A DNA stretch of 63,668 nt, counting the filler, from Olpidium bornovanus S191 (Eukaryota; Fungi; Olpidiomycota): assembly GCA_017911155.1 (NCBI GenBank). It is 27 parts of 27 records of this genome, joined end to end, with 100 filler letters (N's around TTAATTAATTAA, not from the genome) between each part and the next. Parts side by side here need not be neighbours in the genome. Positions count along the whole stretch, not along the records: positions 36,965 to 38,687 come from JAEFCI010004685.1; positions 38,788 to 42,824 come from JAEFCI010008585.1; positions 42,925 to 44,628 come from JAEFCI010002578.1; positions 44,729 to 46,963 come from JAEFCI010010766.1; positions 47,064 to 48,145 come from JAEFCI010002138.1; positions 48,246 to 49,469 come from JAEFCI010008453.1; positions 49,570 to 51,653 come from JAEFCI010013208.1; 20 more parts are not named here. One strand, given 5' to 3'. Below, piece after piece: positions 38,224-51,653 of this stretch. The translations under genes were made by a program, and so were the position numbers. The notes below the pieces were generated by a model. It was not told the DNA's origin, did no database searches, and saw only the letters and a list, made by a program, of their open reading frames with translations. The number at the start of each line of letters is the position of its first letter. Positions within the stretch are counted from its first letter, which is position 1.

Positions 38224-39144
38224 CAGCGCAGTCCGACCGGACGAAGAATAATCAACCCGGCTTCCCCGGCCCTGACGGCCGGTGACGCCGGTGACTAGGC
38301 ACGGCCGACGTCGAGGCGGACGACAAACAGAAAGGAGAAGCGGGTGCGGAAGCCGGGTGCGAACGGCGGTTGGGCAAAACGCGCCTGGTAAGCGGCGATG
38401 CATTGCGCAGCTGGCGAGGCTCGGGCGTAACGCGCAGAAATCCCCATCCCACTTCGTTTTTTTTTCCTTTTTTTTTCCAGCCAGGGGCTCGAAAATGGGA
38501 AACGGAGAAAACCGCCACCTCCAATGGCAGGCAAGAGCCACTACGCCTAAGGGAAATAATGATCAAGAAATGTTTACGATGTACGTGTTTCCGCTGATGG
38601 TGATGCTAATGTGACCACGAGCTTTAATGTCGTGCGCGAACGGAAGGTACGGCAGATACTGAAAGTGACTTTGTCGGCGGAACATGCNNNNNNNNNNNNN
38701 NNNNNNNNNNNNNNNNNNNNNNNNNNNNNNNTTAATTAATTAANNNNNNNNNNNNNNNNNNNNNNNNNNNNNNNNNNNNNNNNNNNNCATGATCAAACCA
38801 AAAACACCTTTTGACCCGCTCTAAACCAGACGGCCTCAGCACAAAAACAAAGAAAACATCATTGGTAAACAGCTGAACAATAATGTTGCGAGCTCCGCTG
38901 GATGTCGGCCTACGTCATGCAGAGGGGCAAGCAGACAAAAGGAAACGTAATTGTAGAAGCCCGTGACAATCGACGCTGTGACTAAATGAAGCCGTCGATG
39001 CAAAAGAACGGGAACCCCCCAGGGCGGGGGGAGAGGGTGGGGTAAAACCGAAGTAGGTACTATTCGTGAACTGGTGAATGGAGAAAAGTATGCGGTCACG
39101 ACCTGCTCCCTGGCTAAACGAACAACGAAGGCTTAACATAGAAA

Positions 39145-40457
39145 TCAGGCGGCCTTCGCCTCCTTGCGTCCCGCGGCAGACTGCTTACGAACAGCGTAAA
39201 ATATTGTGAATAAAGCCAGATTGAACAACAGTAATCGAGGACGGCGCTACCGCACGCAGGAAACGGTCGCTCACCTTCTTAGGCACGCGAGCCTTGGCGG
39301 GAGCCTTCTTCTTGGTACCGGCAGAGCTCTTGGCGGACGTACTCTTCTTTGCGACCTTGGCCTTGGTGGTCTTGGGTTTCGCCTTCGTGACCTTGCCCTT
39401 GGTGGCCTTGGCCTTCTTCACAGGTGTGCCGGATCCTCCCTCGGCCTGGGTCATATGAGAACCGTTATAAACAACATTCCCATCGGGGACGCAATCGATA
39501 AAAATATAAATCTCAAATCTGTTAATTGAAAGACAACAAACCTTCTTCTTAGTGGACTTAGGCTTCTTCTCGGTCGATTTTTCGGGCTTGGTGAGCTTAA
39601 CGGAGCCAGAATGTCCTGGACGGCGGCATTACAGCCCAAATCAGGCGCCTGAAATTCGGGGTTCGAGCAGACCATTGAAACACACCGACGAGCCTTACCT
39701 TTAGGAACCGCAAAAATGCCCTTTTCAACCCCGCGCTGGTACAGGAAAAACACACGTGGTGCCGGTGAGTCATAGGAACGGGCGCAGGACGCTAAAGAAC
39801 TTGTTCTCAAACTGATCTGTGAACGTTCAGGGTACCTTGATGGAGCTGTTGATCTGGGCCTCGTGATTGCTGCCAAGGTGTTTGAAGTTCGCAGTAATGT
39901 ATTTCTTGATGGCTTGGCGCGAGGAGCCCTGAACGTCAGCATACATTAGTTATAAACAAGGATGTTGCCGGCAGGCACTCCCCTTCCCCAAGCGGAAATA
40001 TGCAGTCGTTCGGCCCACCTTACGATCCTTCAAAGTGAGGATCGCCGCCTTGACCTAACAAAGGTAAGTAGGAGGCGGAAGATTATTATCCCACGAAAAA
40101 AATGCACGAACTAGAGCAGTAAGCTTGGCAATTAATCTACGCCACGTTCGCATTTGGGAAGCCGTACCATTTCCTCATACTGCGTAAACCCCAGGGGAAA
40201 ACGACCAAAAGGACGAAATTCCAGCCGAACCAGCGTTTGATCAGAACTTCAACAACTCGGCGAACAAAGCCGACGAGCCGACGCGTTCACGGGGCGTCAA
40301 AAAAATATGCTGCGCACGAGAGCAGCGAAGAACCACAAACCTTGGGATGAGCTGCCGTTTTGGAGGAGCCCGGGGCCTTCTTCGCCTTGGCCTTCTTGGC
40401 AGGAGTCGCCGGGGCGGCAACCTCGGGCGCAGCGACGGGGCTCGCGTCGTCAGACAT
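39145..40457 (-). CDS. H1: Linker histone H1, eight exons including a 12-nt micro-exon (40168-40179)
   Basis: Spliced globular domain HPK/YEEM/VKAAILTLKDRK/GSSRQAIKKYITANF...QINSSIK/RGVEKGIFAVPK/GHSGSVKL, then a Lys/Ala/Pro-rich tail. Stop at 39145-39147. Confidence 0.93.
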
Positions 40458-42924
40458 TTTTTTTTGTTTTTTCTGTGCTGCGGGAAAGTCGCGTCGGGAG
40501 GTGGGAGCCGTCAGGCACGCAGCCCGCGGCGGGGGGGGGGGGGGGGGCACGTCGCCCTCGTCCGGAAAGCGTCAATTTTGCCGAGGCAATCACCACCGGC
40601 GGCAAACCGCTTTTCTCCGGGGTCTTCCGAATCGAAGGCGCGCGCGCGCCGAGGGATCCCAGCGGCGGCGCACATGTTGAATCACGGGAAAACCGAGGTG
40701 AACGCGCTTCACCGCGCGCAGCTCCCCACGCCGCTACCTCCTTGCGGGACGGCCTCTACTCCGGCTTTCTCCCGTCACTCCCCCGCCTCCGCCAGACGCG
40801 AGGACACCGCACGAGATGACAGCCCGCGCCCGTCTCCGCTCACGTTATCGTTTTTTTTTCCCCTGGGGTGTCGCGTTGCGCAGCGGGTGGTGGGTGAGGG
40901 CCGAGGGGACGGGAGCGGGGCGGGGCGGGGCGGGGAGGGGCGGGGCGGGGCGGGGCGGGGGCAGAGGGGAGGAGCGGAGGGGAAGGGGGAGGGCGGAGGC
41001 TCTTCGACGCGGGGCGGGCTTTGTCCCCGTGACCCCCCTTCTCACCCCCGCCCCCCCGCCCCAGCCTAGCGCCCCTTTCTGCCGTATATGGTATGCGCAG
41101 TCTGGTAGCGCTGCGACGGATGGGTCACCGCCGGTCACGTGGTCACACGCTGAGCTCCAGAACTGCGATGTCCCAAATCACACAGGGCCAAACGCAACGA
41201 GCAGTGTCCAGATCGCCCCGTGTGCAAACTCAAGGAGCCTCAATTCGTTACAAAGCACATTTTTTCGCAGGGCTCTTATCTCAAACGTGAATCTGAGCAT
41301 TCCAGATAAGCTGGAATAAACGGGACAGGCCATTTGGATACAAAGCCCGCTAAAAGAACTGCTCTAGAATAACACGAAGGGCAAAAGACATACTGCATTG
41401 TGGTAACCCTCATCAGAGGAAAAAAATCTCCCGCCGGCCCTGCACCTCTGAAGCTCCCGTTTGCGTGGCCAAACACTTTAAGAGAATTGTATGAGAGGGT
41501 TTCGACGTTGCTCTTCAAGCTTCTCGGCATTTCGTCCCGTAGGCGGGTTACGCGGAACCATTCACTGGCGCGAGTGAATCGCCACCCATTCCGATCACAC
41601 GCGTGCACGGTGTCTGCTGGTTTCCATCGCCGGCCGACCATCTTGGCGCGGCCCTCGCACTTGCCGCCTCCGAACTCCTATTTTTTTTTCTTTTTTTTTT
41701 GTTTTTTTGGCCTTCCTTTTCCGCCGCCTACAAACGTGCTCCGTGCGAACCTGGCGACCCTTTTTTTTTTTGTGCGATTCTGCAGATGTTCCCGCCCGCA
41801 GAGCGAACCGACCCACTTCGGCTGTGGCAAAAAAAAGGGGGGGGGGGGGGAAGAAGGGGGAAGGGGGGAGAGAAGTACGCGACCTGTGCGGCGTGGGCGG
41901 CCCGCGCGCGCGGAGCGGCCCAGGTGACACACCACCTCAAATGGTTTCCGATCGGCCTCAGTTGCAGTGGCTGCCTGCCCTGTGGTACCCTTGGCGCGTG
42001 CTCCAGGTCCAGGGTCAGGCGTGGGCCGCGCGGGAAGCCGGTATGCCTTGGGCTGAACCTGTGAGTATGCACGAGTTGTGTGCGTTTTGGTTGGATGAAA
42101 CTTTTCGCTTACTGTGTCGTACGGGTCACATTGACTAATGTGATAATACAAGAGACAAATTTTGAATTCCAACCGAATCCTGCTACCCCGATGTTGTTGG
42201 AATAAACAACTCGCAGTGGGTACTCAGGTGGTCCAATTTGGGCCGTTCGTTAGTAAGGACCACGAAAACTACCAGATCCTCTCCTGGCAGATGCAGTGTG
42301 GGAGGGCCTCTCTCTGAAAGCGCAGATTTGAAACAATTTCCCGTTCCAATTCCCCTTTCGGCGCACGTGGACGGTGAACACCTTGCTAGCCAGAACATTG
42401 CCAGCCATCAATACGGAGAAAGAGCACTCCCCAGCGCTTCTGAACACAAAATGGAAGCTCTCTCGGTGTGAGCCTTTTCATCTGGACAATTGACAAATCA
42501 ATCAGATGCACCACATCAAGAAAGTCACCGCCCAATTAGTGGGGGGAAGGAGGGGGGGGGGGAAACCGGGGGGTGGTATAGCTCAGTGCAAATTCCGTCG
42601 CCGTACGGAAAGGAAAGTAGACCTGTAGCCTGCCATTCATAATGCGGTTCCGACATGGAATTCAGGCCCCCGGATCCAGTTTTCTTTAGGTATTGAACGG
42701 CAGCATGCTCAACCCCGTGCAGCCAATCGCCTTGCCCTGCCTGCTGCTGGTAGCAGCTACCACACTTTTGCGTGTATACAGGTGTATGCCATCGTCTATG
42801 CCAAAACCACGTTTTTATCCGCCGNNNNNNNNNNNNNNNNNNNNNNNNNNNNNNNNNNNNNNNNNNNNTTAATTAATTAANNNNNNNNNNNNNNNNNNNN
42901 NNNNNNNNNNNNNNNNNNNNNNNN

Positions 42925-42979
<55 letters not shown>

Positions 42980-43072
42980 CCCCCCCCCCCCCCCCCCCCC
43001 CCCTCACACACACACACAAACACAAACACGCCCTCGCGGACGCCGGAAAAAAAAAATACTACTTGGCGCCAG

Positions 43073-44628
43073 CTCGATTGCGCTCCTGGCTGACGCGTTT
43101 CACATGCTCAACGACATCTTAAGCATGGGGATCGCGTTGTACGCCATCAAGGTGCACCCGGGTGTTGTGTTTTATTTGTTTTTTTTCTTTGTGCTTTGTT
43201 TTTTTTTTTCTTTGTGCTTTGTTTTTTTTTTCTTCTTTTTGCGCACTTTTTTTATTCTTTCTTTCCGTCTGGACAATTTCATTATTTCGCGAAATGTCTC
43301 GTAACTGCAACGAAAATCTCTTTCCGTTCTCTCGGCAGCTGGGGAAACGCAAAAATCGCAAGGCTCAATTCACCTACGGGTGGCAAAGGGCGGAGATCCT
43401 CGGCGCGCTGATCAACGGGGTCTTCCTGCTGGCGCTGTGCTTTTCCGTCATCCTACAGGCCGTTGAAAGGTTCATGGAACCCGTTGGTAAACACGAATTT
43501 TTTTATTTTTTGTTTCCTCTCCGGGGGCAACTTTTCTTTCTCGTGTTCGGACAGAGAAATTCGCGCGAAAACGCGTGGGCAAGGCGTCCGGCGACGGCGG
43601 CTTTCGACTGAACGAAAAATAAAATAAAAAAACACGCTCTCGCTCGCGCGACATTTTCCGGCGGCAGAGATCCGGCACCCCGTCCTCATGCTCGGCGTTG
43701 GTGCGGTCGGCCTGGCCGTGAACGTGTTCGGGCTTTTCCTCTTTCACGATCACGCCCACGGTCACGGCCACGGCGACTCGCTCGGCCATTCGCACAAGAA
43801 TTCGCGCTGCCGGGACGAGGAACCTGCGAGGGGAGCTGCCGAGACGATCGAGGAGATCGTCGTCATCCCCGAGCCTCCCGCGTTGGCCGCGGATTCGGCC
43901 GCTGCGGCCGACGAAAACGACGACTCGCCCTCGGCGGCCCTGTCGAACTCTCTGGCGGCGCCGTCGGATCAGGACGAGAAGGCGGCAATGGAGCCGAGCG
44001 TCGCTAACGGCGCGGAAGACCTTTGCCTGGAGGACCGGCCGCGCGGGGCGGGAGGCGGAGGCCACATGAACATGCGGGGCGTGTTCCTGCACGTTCTCGG
44101 GGACGCCCTCGGATCGGTCGGCGTCATCACCGCGGGGCTGGTCATATGGCTGACCGATCTGCCCTGGAAGTTCTACGTGGACCCCATCGTCACGCTAATT
44201 TTTGCTGGCATCACCCTGTCCACCACAGTTCCGCTGGGTGAGCCTGCTTTGTGACTCCCAACCCAGGCGTTTTTTTTTTTTTTTTTTTTGCTTTTTATCA
44301 CGCCCGGAAAATTTTTGCAGTGCTTCCTCCCGAGGATTCTCTCTCGGTTTGCGCGCACGCCAGGAAGTTTTTCACACGCTTCCCCCCCCCCCCCTTCTTC
44401 CCCGTCTTTGTGTCATTTGCGCGTGGTTTTGCCAGTCCAGTCCACGTGCTCCGTTCTTCTGCAAGGGGTCCCGAGCAGCATTCGCATCGAAGACGTTCGT
44501 GCGAAGATCATGAAGGTGCAGATTGCGTGATCTCAATTTTAGAGCCCGAATCGCTCAGCGGCTGAGAGGCGAAGGGCGCCCGCGCAAATGCGACAGATCC
44601 AAGATGTCATTTCCATTCACGAACTGCA
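43073..44628 (+). CDS. Zrc1/Cot1 (ZnT1-like) CDF zinc transporter, exons 2-6, truncated
   Basis: SIALLADAFHMLND, FTYGWQRAEILGALINGVFL, His-rich loop HDHAHGHGHG, NMRGVFLHVLGDALG, YVDP, LLQGVP, IHELH. Confidence 0.96.
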
Positions 44629-44913
44629 NNNNNNNNNNNNNNNNNNNNNNNNNNNNNNNNNNNNNNNNNNNNTTAATTAATTAANNNNNNNNNNNNNNNN
44701 NNNNNNNNNNNNNNNNNNNNNNNNNNNNTGGGTTTTTGGTCTTTTTTTGTTTGGGTTTTTTTCTTTGATGGGTTTTGTCGTATATTTTTTTGGTTTTTTT
44801 TTAATGTTTTTGTTGTTCGTTGTTGTTTTTTTGTTTTTGGTTGCTTTTTTGCTATTGTTTTTTGGTGTTTATGTTTTCTCGTTCGTTTTTTTTTTGCAAC
44901 CCCGGGTGCGCCC

Positions 44914-44948
<35 letters not shown>

Positions 44949-45390
44949 CCTATGCGACTGCAGCGGCGAAGGCCTTCTGTTCCTTGCTGGCGGGACGGTG
45001 CACCGCTTGGATCTGGAATTTCCATCCACCCGAGGTCCTCAAAGGGACTCGGGGGCTGATGGGGCCCTGGCCGGTCCGTTCGACATTTCGGATCCTGAAT
45101 CTCCTTGTGGGTTCACGGGGTAGGGGGGGGGGTGTTCCACAGATCTTGGTGTTTTCCGGGGTGGGCGTGATCGCCACCGTCAAAACTTTTTTACCCTGCG
45201 GCGCCGGGACATTTTTTTTTTTTTTTTTTTTTTTCGCGCGGCGCGGCCCACACAAGGGGGTCCCCTCCCTCCCCTCGTGGGGGGGGGCTCGTTTGAGCCT
45301 GCTTTTGGTCGTCGGCGGGAATTCCCCCTTCCCCCCCCCCCACCCGCACCCCGCCATCCCGGGGCTTTTGTCGCCAAACCCGGGACGCAG

Positions 45391-46963
45391 CGGGCGAACG
45401 CGGAACGACTTCAGTACCGAGTTCAGTCCCGAAGCGCTCGAGGCGCTGAACACTCCTCTGACGATCCTTGCCGAGGACCTCCAGAAAGTAGAGGCTAGGC
45501 GCGCCGGACGATAGTTAATCCGACACCTCACACTTTTTAAAATTGTGACCGCCCGCTCACAGTTCGACCGTTGTGCACCAGAAGCCGGACCCTGACGCCT
45601 TTTTCGGGATCAACGCTTATACCCGACATACGAACACGAACCCGTCCCGTCGGATAGCGAGTTGAAACTCTTTTGCGTCGTGTGGAAATACGGAAACGAG
45701 GGAGGAGTGAGGACTCACATCACTCCGAACATCGGCGACTGCGACGGTAACGGGTGGAGAATGTACATGAGATTTTACGCTTCGACGGGTTCGAGCCAAA
45801 TGGGGAAGGGTGAATGGGGGTGCATAGGAGAAAGCAAGAACCCTCTCAGGAGCTTTTCCTGAACAGTTTCGAGTTTTACGTTAACGTGTACGGCAGACAC
45901 GAACCTCACGATGATGCTGCACGCTCCGGGGTACGCGGAGTGGAACGTGAACGATCCGCAGGTAATTGACCGGATCTTGGTGGGAGGGGACGAGGATATA
46001 TCCGGTGTTATACTGTCGGGAAAGTCCCGACGGTCGCGTCGGCGAGTCTAAACTCGACAATCAGTTCGCACCTTTCCCGTCCCACGATCAGGAACACCAC
46101 GAGGAGAGACGAAACACCCGCATTGCGAATTGTGCAAGCGTTCGTTCGGAAGAATAGAACGGGCTTTTGGAGAGCTTTTGCACGCGCTCATTATCTTCGC
46201 GAGATTCTGGGAACTCGGGTCGGTCCAGCCGGGTTCGACCGCTTGCACCGGTACCGTTTACGGATGCAAAGCTGCCCGCGGTGACGAAAATTTCGAAACT
46301 TGGGGCTACCCGTACTACCCGTCACACCGGAATAAGAGGGGCTAATTCTGTCGGGATAGATGTCCGGGGTTGGAACACGCGCATAGACGGGTACCCAGAT
46401 TTGCTTTTTGCCAACATACAGATCCAGTACGGAGGCAGCACTACGCGAGGGTGGCTCTGCCCCAGGGGATAGACATCGGACGCCGTCGCATCAGAAATGC
46501 GATGATAGAAGCCCTCAGAAACGGATCCAGCAGCGAATACGCCAGTATAAGTCATCAGCGCCGCCGTCAAGACAGGATCACCTTTCCGTATTCGATGATA
46601 ATCAGAAACGACGTCAGAATGATGTTGTGCGTCGGGTCGTAAAAGGATGAAACGGACAGGATCTTTTAAAAGGCGTGCCGGCGGACACGGATTTACCCGC
46701 CGAAATAGTACAGACGCTGTAGCTGTTCCTCGTCCCGGACTCCCGGTTGGGGTTCCTTTCGGTGTCCAAAAACATCAGGAGCGCGCTGACAGGTTTTCAC
46801 GTCGAGCGGCTGGATGTATCTTCGTGTTCGGCCGCTTTCAGGCGCATGTTAAAGCCCGAAACTTTTATTAGACACGTATCCGAGTCGGATATATCTGGTA
46901 CCAAAATAGATCATATAGAATTATGCGGCCTCGTCGCGCAGTCAGAATGTCTGAGAGAAGTAA
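45391..46963 (+). other. Unidentified coding-like region (short-intron gene or degraded foreign gene)
   Basis: Lower-GC, complex sequence. Protein-like segments occur in changing frames and are separated by plausible short introns. No family recognised. Confidence 0.3.
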
Positions 46964-47760
46964 NNNNNNNNNNNNNNNNNNNNNNNNNNNNNNNNNNNNN
47001 NNNNNNNTTAATTAATTAANNNNNNNNNNNNNNNNNNNNNNNNNNNNNNNNNNNNNNNNNNNNTGCGTTGGTGTACAAATAGTGCCCCGGAAATTTTTTT
47101 TTTGTTTTTTTTTTTTTTTTTTTTTTTTTTTTGTTTTTTCTCAAGCGCGGCGTGGGCGGGGCGGGTTAGGCACTTGCGCACCCGATCGCGCGCACATAAC
47201 AAGAAAAACAGAAACAAAACAAAAAAAAAGGGTAGGGAAACGCGGCGGACGCGAAAGAAAAAACGCGAAACCGAGTTCCCCCCCCCCCTCCCCTTTGCTC
47301 GCGCGGCCGGCGCGAAAAACAAAAACCAAGGGAAAAAAATAACGACGACCCCGCAAGCGGAAGGAGGAGAAGCGGGGAAGCGAGCGGGGAAGCGAGGGGA
47401 GGAGGAGGGAAGGGGAGGGAAAGGAGGAGGGCGGGCGAGAGGGAAAAGGGGGGGAACGGAGCAACGGGGAGGGTGGTTACCGCCGTTTTTTTTCTTTTTT
47501 TTTTTTTTTTTCTGCCCCCCCTTTTCCACCCTCCCACTCCCCCGTCTCCCTTTCCCCCGTTCCGTTCGGCCCGGTTTCTCCCCCTTCCACACCTTCCTCC
47601 GGAACGGAGCACGATTCTTTATTTAACAGTCCCGTCGAGGAACTTTTTTACAACGCAACAAAAGAAAAAAAAAACCACCTGCATGACACGCTGAAAGGGG
47701 CCGATGCATGCGCTAAATAGATTAACTGTCTACAGATAACGGCGCCGACGGGCGCCGGCC

Positions 47761-48145
47761 TCAATTCCAATCACCCCAGCAGTGCGAAGCGCCGTGTGGG
47801 TGTTGTCCCGCGTATTGGTATTGCGGCGGGCCGCGGGAAAACTGGGCGCCGTCCTGGCGGAAAAACGGGTGGCCACCGGCACCTCCCATGCCGCCTAATG
47901 GGTCCGCGGCGCCGCCGAAGAAGGCTTGCATGAAATCGGATCCTTCGCCAAATCGGAACGTGGCCCCAGGTCCGCAACCGCCGGCCATGCCGCCGAAGCC
48001 ACATCCATCCTCAAAGTCGGCGCCCATGTCGTGTCGCCGGCGCTTCTGCGGGTCGGAAAGTACCTCATAGGCTTCGGCAACCTCCTTAAACTTGTTGTCG
48101 TCGTCTTCGGATCCGAGCTTCTTGTCCGGGTGGTGCTCTAAAGCA
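47761..48145 (-). CDS. C-terminal J-domain protein, DNAJC7/Tpr2-like, 5' end missing
   Basis: ALEHHPDK...KFKEVAEAYEVLSDPQKRRRHDMGADF, then a G/F-rich tail (FMQAFFGG) and a stop. A J-domain at the extreme C-terminus fits DNAJC7. Confidence 0.8.
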
Positions 48146-48245
48146 NNNNNNNNNNNNNNNNNNNNNNNNNNNNNNNNNNNNNNNNNNNNTTAATTAATTA
48201 ANNNNNNNNNNNNNNNNNNNNNNNNNNNNNNNNNNNNNNNNNNNN

Positions 48246-48278
<33 letters not shown>

Positions 48279-48285
<7 letters not shown>

Positions 48286-49369
48286 CCGCGTTGCAAGCGA
48301 ACCCAAGGGGCATCCCAATGGCCCCGTTCGTGGTAAGATGAGAAGAGTTGGCGGTAAAAAGCAAACGCCCCGACCTCTTGCCCCCCTTCCCCCCTTCCCC
48401 CCTTCCCCCTCGAGTCCCTCCTCCACTTCCCACCTCCCACCTCCCGCCCTCAACAAGATGTGCCGAGCTCCCACGATCGCCGGAAAGTTTGCCCAGGGGG
48501 GTGGGGTGGGGAATGGGAGTGCGAAAGCCAGAGCCGGGTCGAGCCGAGACGGTAGGGTGGTAGGCTGTTCGCTCGGCTGGGCGGGCGATAGGGAGAAAAG
48601 GGCTTTTGGCCTGAAAGGACCTCACCGGGCGCGCCACGACGACGTAAAACGAGGCGCGGCGGGGGATACGGCCGCGAAACTCACCTCGCCGACCCCCGCC
48701 CCCCGGTATCGCAAACCGGCGCCCGACTTTCCGTCGGGTTGGACCCGCTCTCCTTTTCCAGGATAACGTCGAGGACTACACGGGCGGTGAACCCGCTGAC
48801 GTCGTTCTTCGGAAGTTCCAGGAGGCGGTGGCGTACGTGTAATTTGCGTGCCAGGGGCACAGAAAGCGGGAGTGAGAGGCGAACCCGAGCGGCCGAGGCC
48901 GAGAATCATTCTTTTCTTGTTGCGTTTTGGGCGAAATTGAACGCCGTCAACTATCCTCCCGCCGGCACCGCACCCGCCGCGCTTTTCAATCCCCCCCCCC
49001 CTTTGCTGCTTGCGTTGCGGTGCGAATCCCCTAGAAAATATAAGTACATGGAGGTGAATACAATGCAGCGCAAAAGAAGCCTGGAAAGCAAAATTCCGGA
49101 GATCAAGAAGACCCTTGAGGCTGTGGAGTTCCTTCGGTCGCGGAAAGTGCGTTCGTTCGACGAAAGATGCCGTAGGCTGGGGGAAGCGCGCCGTGGCTGG
49201 AAGATGGGGGAAGAGGGGCGGGGGGGGCTGTGGCAGAAGCAAGATTTACAGTACTGCTCCGGAAATATAGGAGTCGGACGAGTCGATCGACACACAGTTT
49301 GAACTCAACGACACCCTTTACGCGAACGCGAAGATCGAGCCTCGGGACAGCGTGTACCTGTGGCTTGGG
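48279..49369 (+). CDS. PFDN3: Prefoldin subunit 3 (VBP1/Pac10), first four exons
   Basis: MATALQANPRGIPMAPFV/DNVEDY...LRKFQEAVA/KYKYME...LESKIPEIKKTLEAVEFL/FELNDTLYANAKI...VYLWLG. Confidence 0.95.
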
Positions 49370-50577
49370 GTAAATTGAACGGATGCGCGGCAGCTATCTT
49401 TTTTCCCGGCTATCTGGTTTTAGCAGACAAACGGGGGGCCGGCAGGACATCTGGTTCAAAGGAAGCATGNNNNNNNNNNNNNNNNNNNNNNNNNNNNNNN
49501 NNNNNNNNNNNNNTTAATTAATTAANNNNNNNNNNNNNNNNNNNNNNNNNNNNNNNNNNNNNNNNNNNNCCCCGCCCCCCCCCCACCCCTCCCGTCCCTT
49601 GCGCGGGCCGCGCCTCACCCCTTTATGGTCCTGCTGAGACTCGCATTGGACGCCCTCAAGTCGTTGATCGACTGCTGGAAGACGAGAGACGCGGCACTCA
49701 TATTTTATTTTACTTTTTTTTTTTGTTTCTTCGCGCTGGGCGATTTCAAACCACCGGCTGCGTTCGCTAGCAGACGTCTCGGAGGAACGGCGACCGTCGT
49801 CGTAACCGCGGCCGCCGGGAAGACGTCAGGATATCCTCCGCGGGCGGTGGTCCGCGGGTTGTTGCTGGGAGAGCCGCTCCTCGTTGCTGGCAGAAAACTG
49901 CGGCCGGGAAAGGGGGAGGATGGGGGAGGGTCGGGGAGGCGACTTTACCACGCGTACCACGCGTCGCGCGACCTGCGTGACGACGCTTTGGCGAAATAAA
50001 AAATAAAAAAGAAAATAAACACGGCCGGTTGGGCACAGCGCGGGCTGCTGGTTGGTCGAGCGCGCGTTGAATTGACTCGATTCGATTGAAACGCAAGTGC
50101 CGCGCGTTTTTTTCAGGCCCGCAAACAACCCCGCCCTTCCTGTGGCATCGCCGGACCTTCGCCCCCTCAGCGGCGACACACGCTCGACGCATGCCGTCAC
50201 ATGGGTCGCAAATACGAAGTGGAATGTTTCCTTCTTTCCCCAGCCAACACCCCCTTCCCCCTCTTCTCTCCCAACCGCCGTGCAGCGGCCGCTGCCGGGA
50301 AACGAAGGCACCACTGGGACAACAAACAGGCGGTGATATGCCGGCGAAGCAAAGTAGTACGCGCCTTCCATAACTCTGCAACCGCCAACTGCGACCGCAC
50401 TCGAGATAGCTAGGCACCCTCCGGGGAACCGGTAAATTGCGATGAACGGCGCACAAAGATATAGATGTACGGCATCGGTCAAAAAAAAAGCCCACGGCTC
50501 TCGGCCCCGCTGTATTCCCTCCCACCTTGACGTGCGCTTTTCAATAATGCTTTCAAACACTCCCAACCTCCTAGGCT

Positions 50578-51653
50578 CTAGTCCTCCTCCGCCATTATCA
50601 GCGTGATCAGCGAGGTCCAGCCGGTGAAAGGATGCGACCGCCGGCCTTCACCGGTGACATCCAAATACTGCTCCCACACATAACCTGTTTTCTTGTAACT
50701 CTATGGGGTGCGAAACGTATGGTGGAGGGCAGAACGCAAGTGAGAAACAAGCGCGACTTCTGGTTTCGCAATAGCGTTCCGCAATGTTCAAAATGTGGCG
50801 CTTCGTTTCAAGATCTTCCGTTTGTTTGCTTGGCTTTGTTCCCTCTTTCCTTGCCGGCATTGAACCCATCGAATTAGCAGCGGCTCCTCACCCACCTCAT
50901 AAACCGTTTTTATAATATTTTTTCGTAGATCCTGGTACACTTTGTTGGCGAGCTCGCGGTAAGGCCCTTCGACTTTTGCATATTTCTGCGTCGGGTAGGC
51001 ACGGGTGGTCGTCGGTGGCCATTAGTGCACGGTGCTCAGGCGCAGACGTTCAAGGATTTTACTCGGGGTCGGATGGGAAATTAAAAGCGTGAAATCGAAA
51101 GAAAGAACGGTCATCCTAGCATAAACAACCTAAATTGGCGGAAATCACCAACGCTATGATAAAATGAAAAACAATGGAAAATTCTTGCTGCTGCGCAGAG
51201 ACACACCTTGTGCAGCACACTCAACGCGAGGAAGTTTATGTTCACCCAGATGGGCCCCCTCCAGAAATTCTCTCCTTGGCCGTAATAAGCGTCCGACTTG
51301 GACAAGGAGCGCAAGCCATACCTGTTCAGAAAGACCGACATAACAATTGAGTACGGGTTCGAAGTAAGAAGTTCAACGCCAGCGTTTGGGTCCGAACAGG
51401 GACGTCCCCCAAAATGTAGGGGAAAAGAAGTTGGCAAGCAGATGGCGCGAGGGAAAGAAGTGACGTACGGCGACCACAGGTGGTCTGGGTGGTGCATCAG
51501 CTTCAACAGGGCTTCAACCTTCGGCGAATCGTGCGGCAACAATCCCAGCAGCAGCGGGAAGAGCGTGACATATCCTTTGTGACATACGGGAATGGAATCA
51601 TCTTGACATTATCCCGAGGAAGGACAAGACGGAGAGCGTTACACGGAGCATGC
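50578..51653 (-). CDS. CWH41: Mannosyl-oligosaccharide glucosidase I (GH63, Cwh41/GCS1), 3' part
   Basis: [55 protein letters not shown]...[15 protein letters not shown] stop. Confidence 0.95.

Noticed and set aside
50679-50689. CATAACCTGTT resembling the LTR-end/PBS motif
   Set aside because: It lies in the last glucosidase I exon (codons for KTGYV) and lacks the GAGCCC half.
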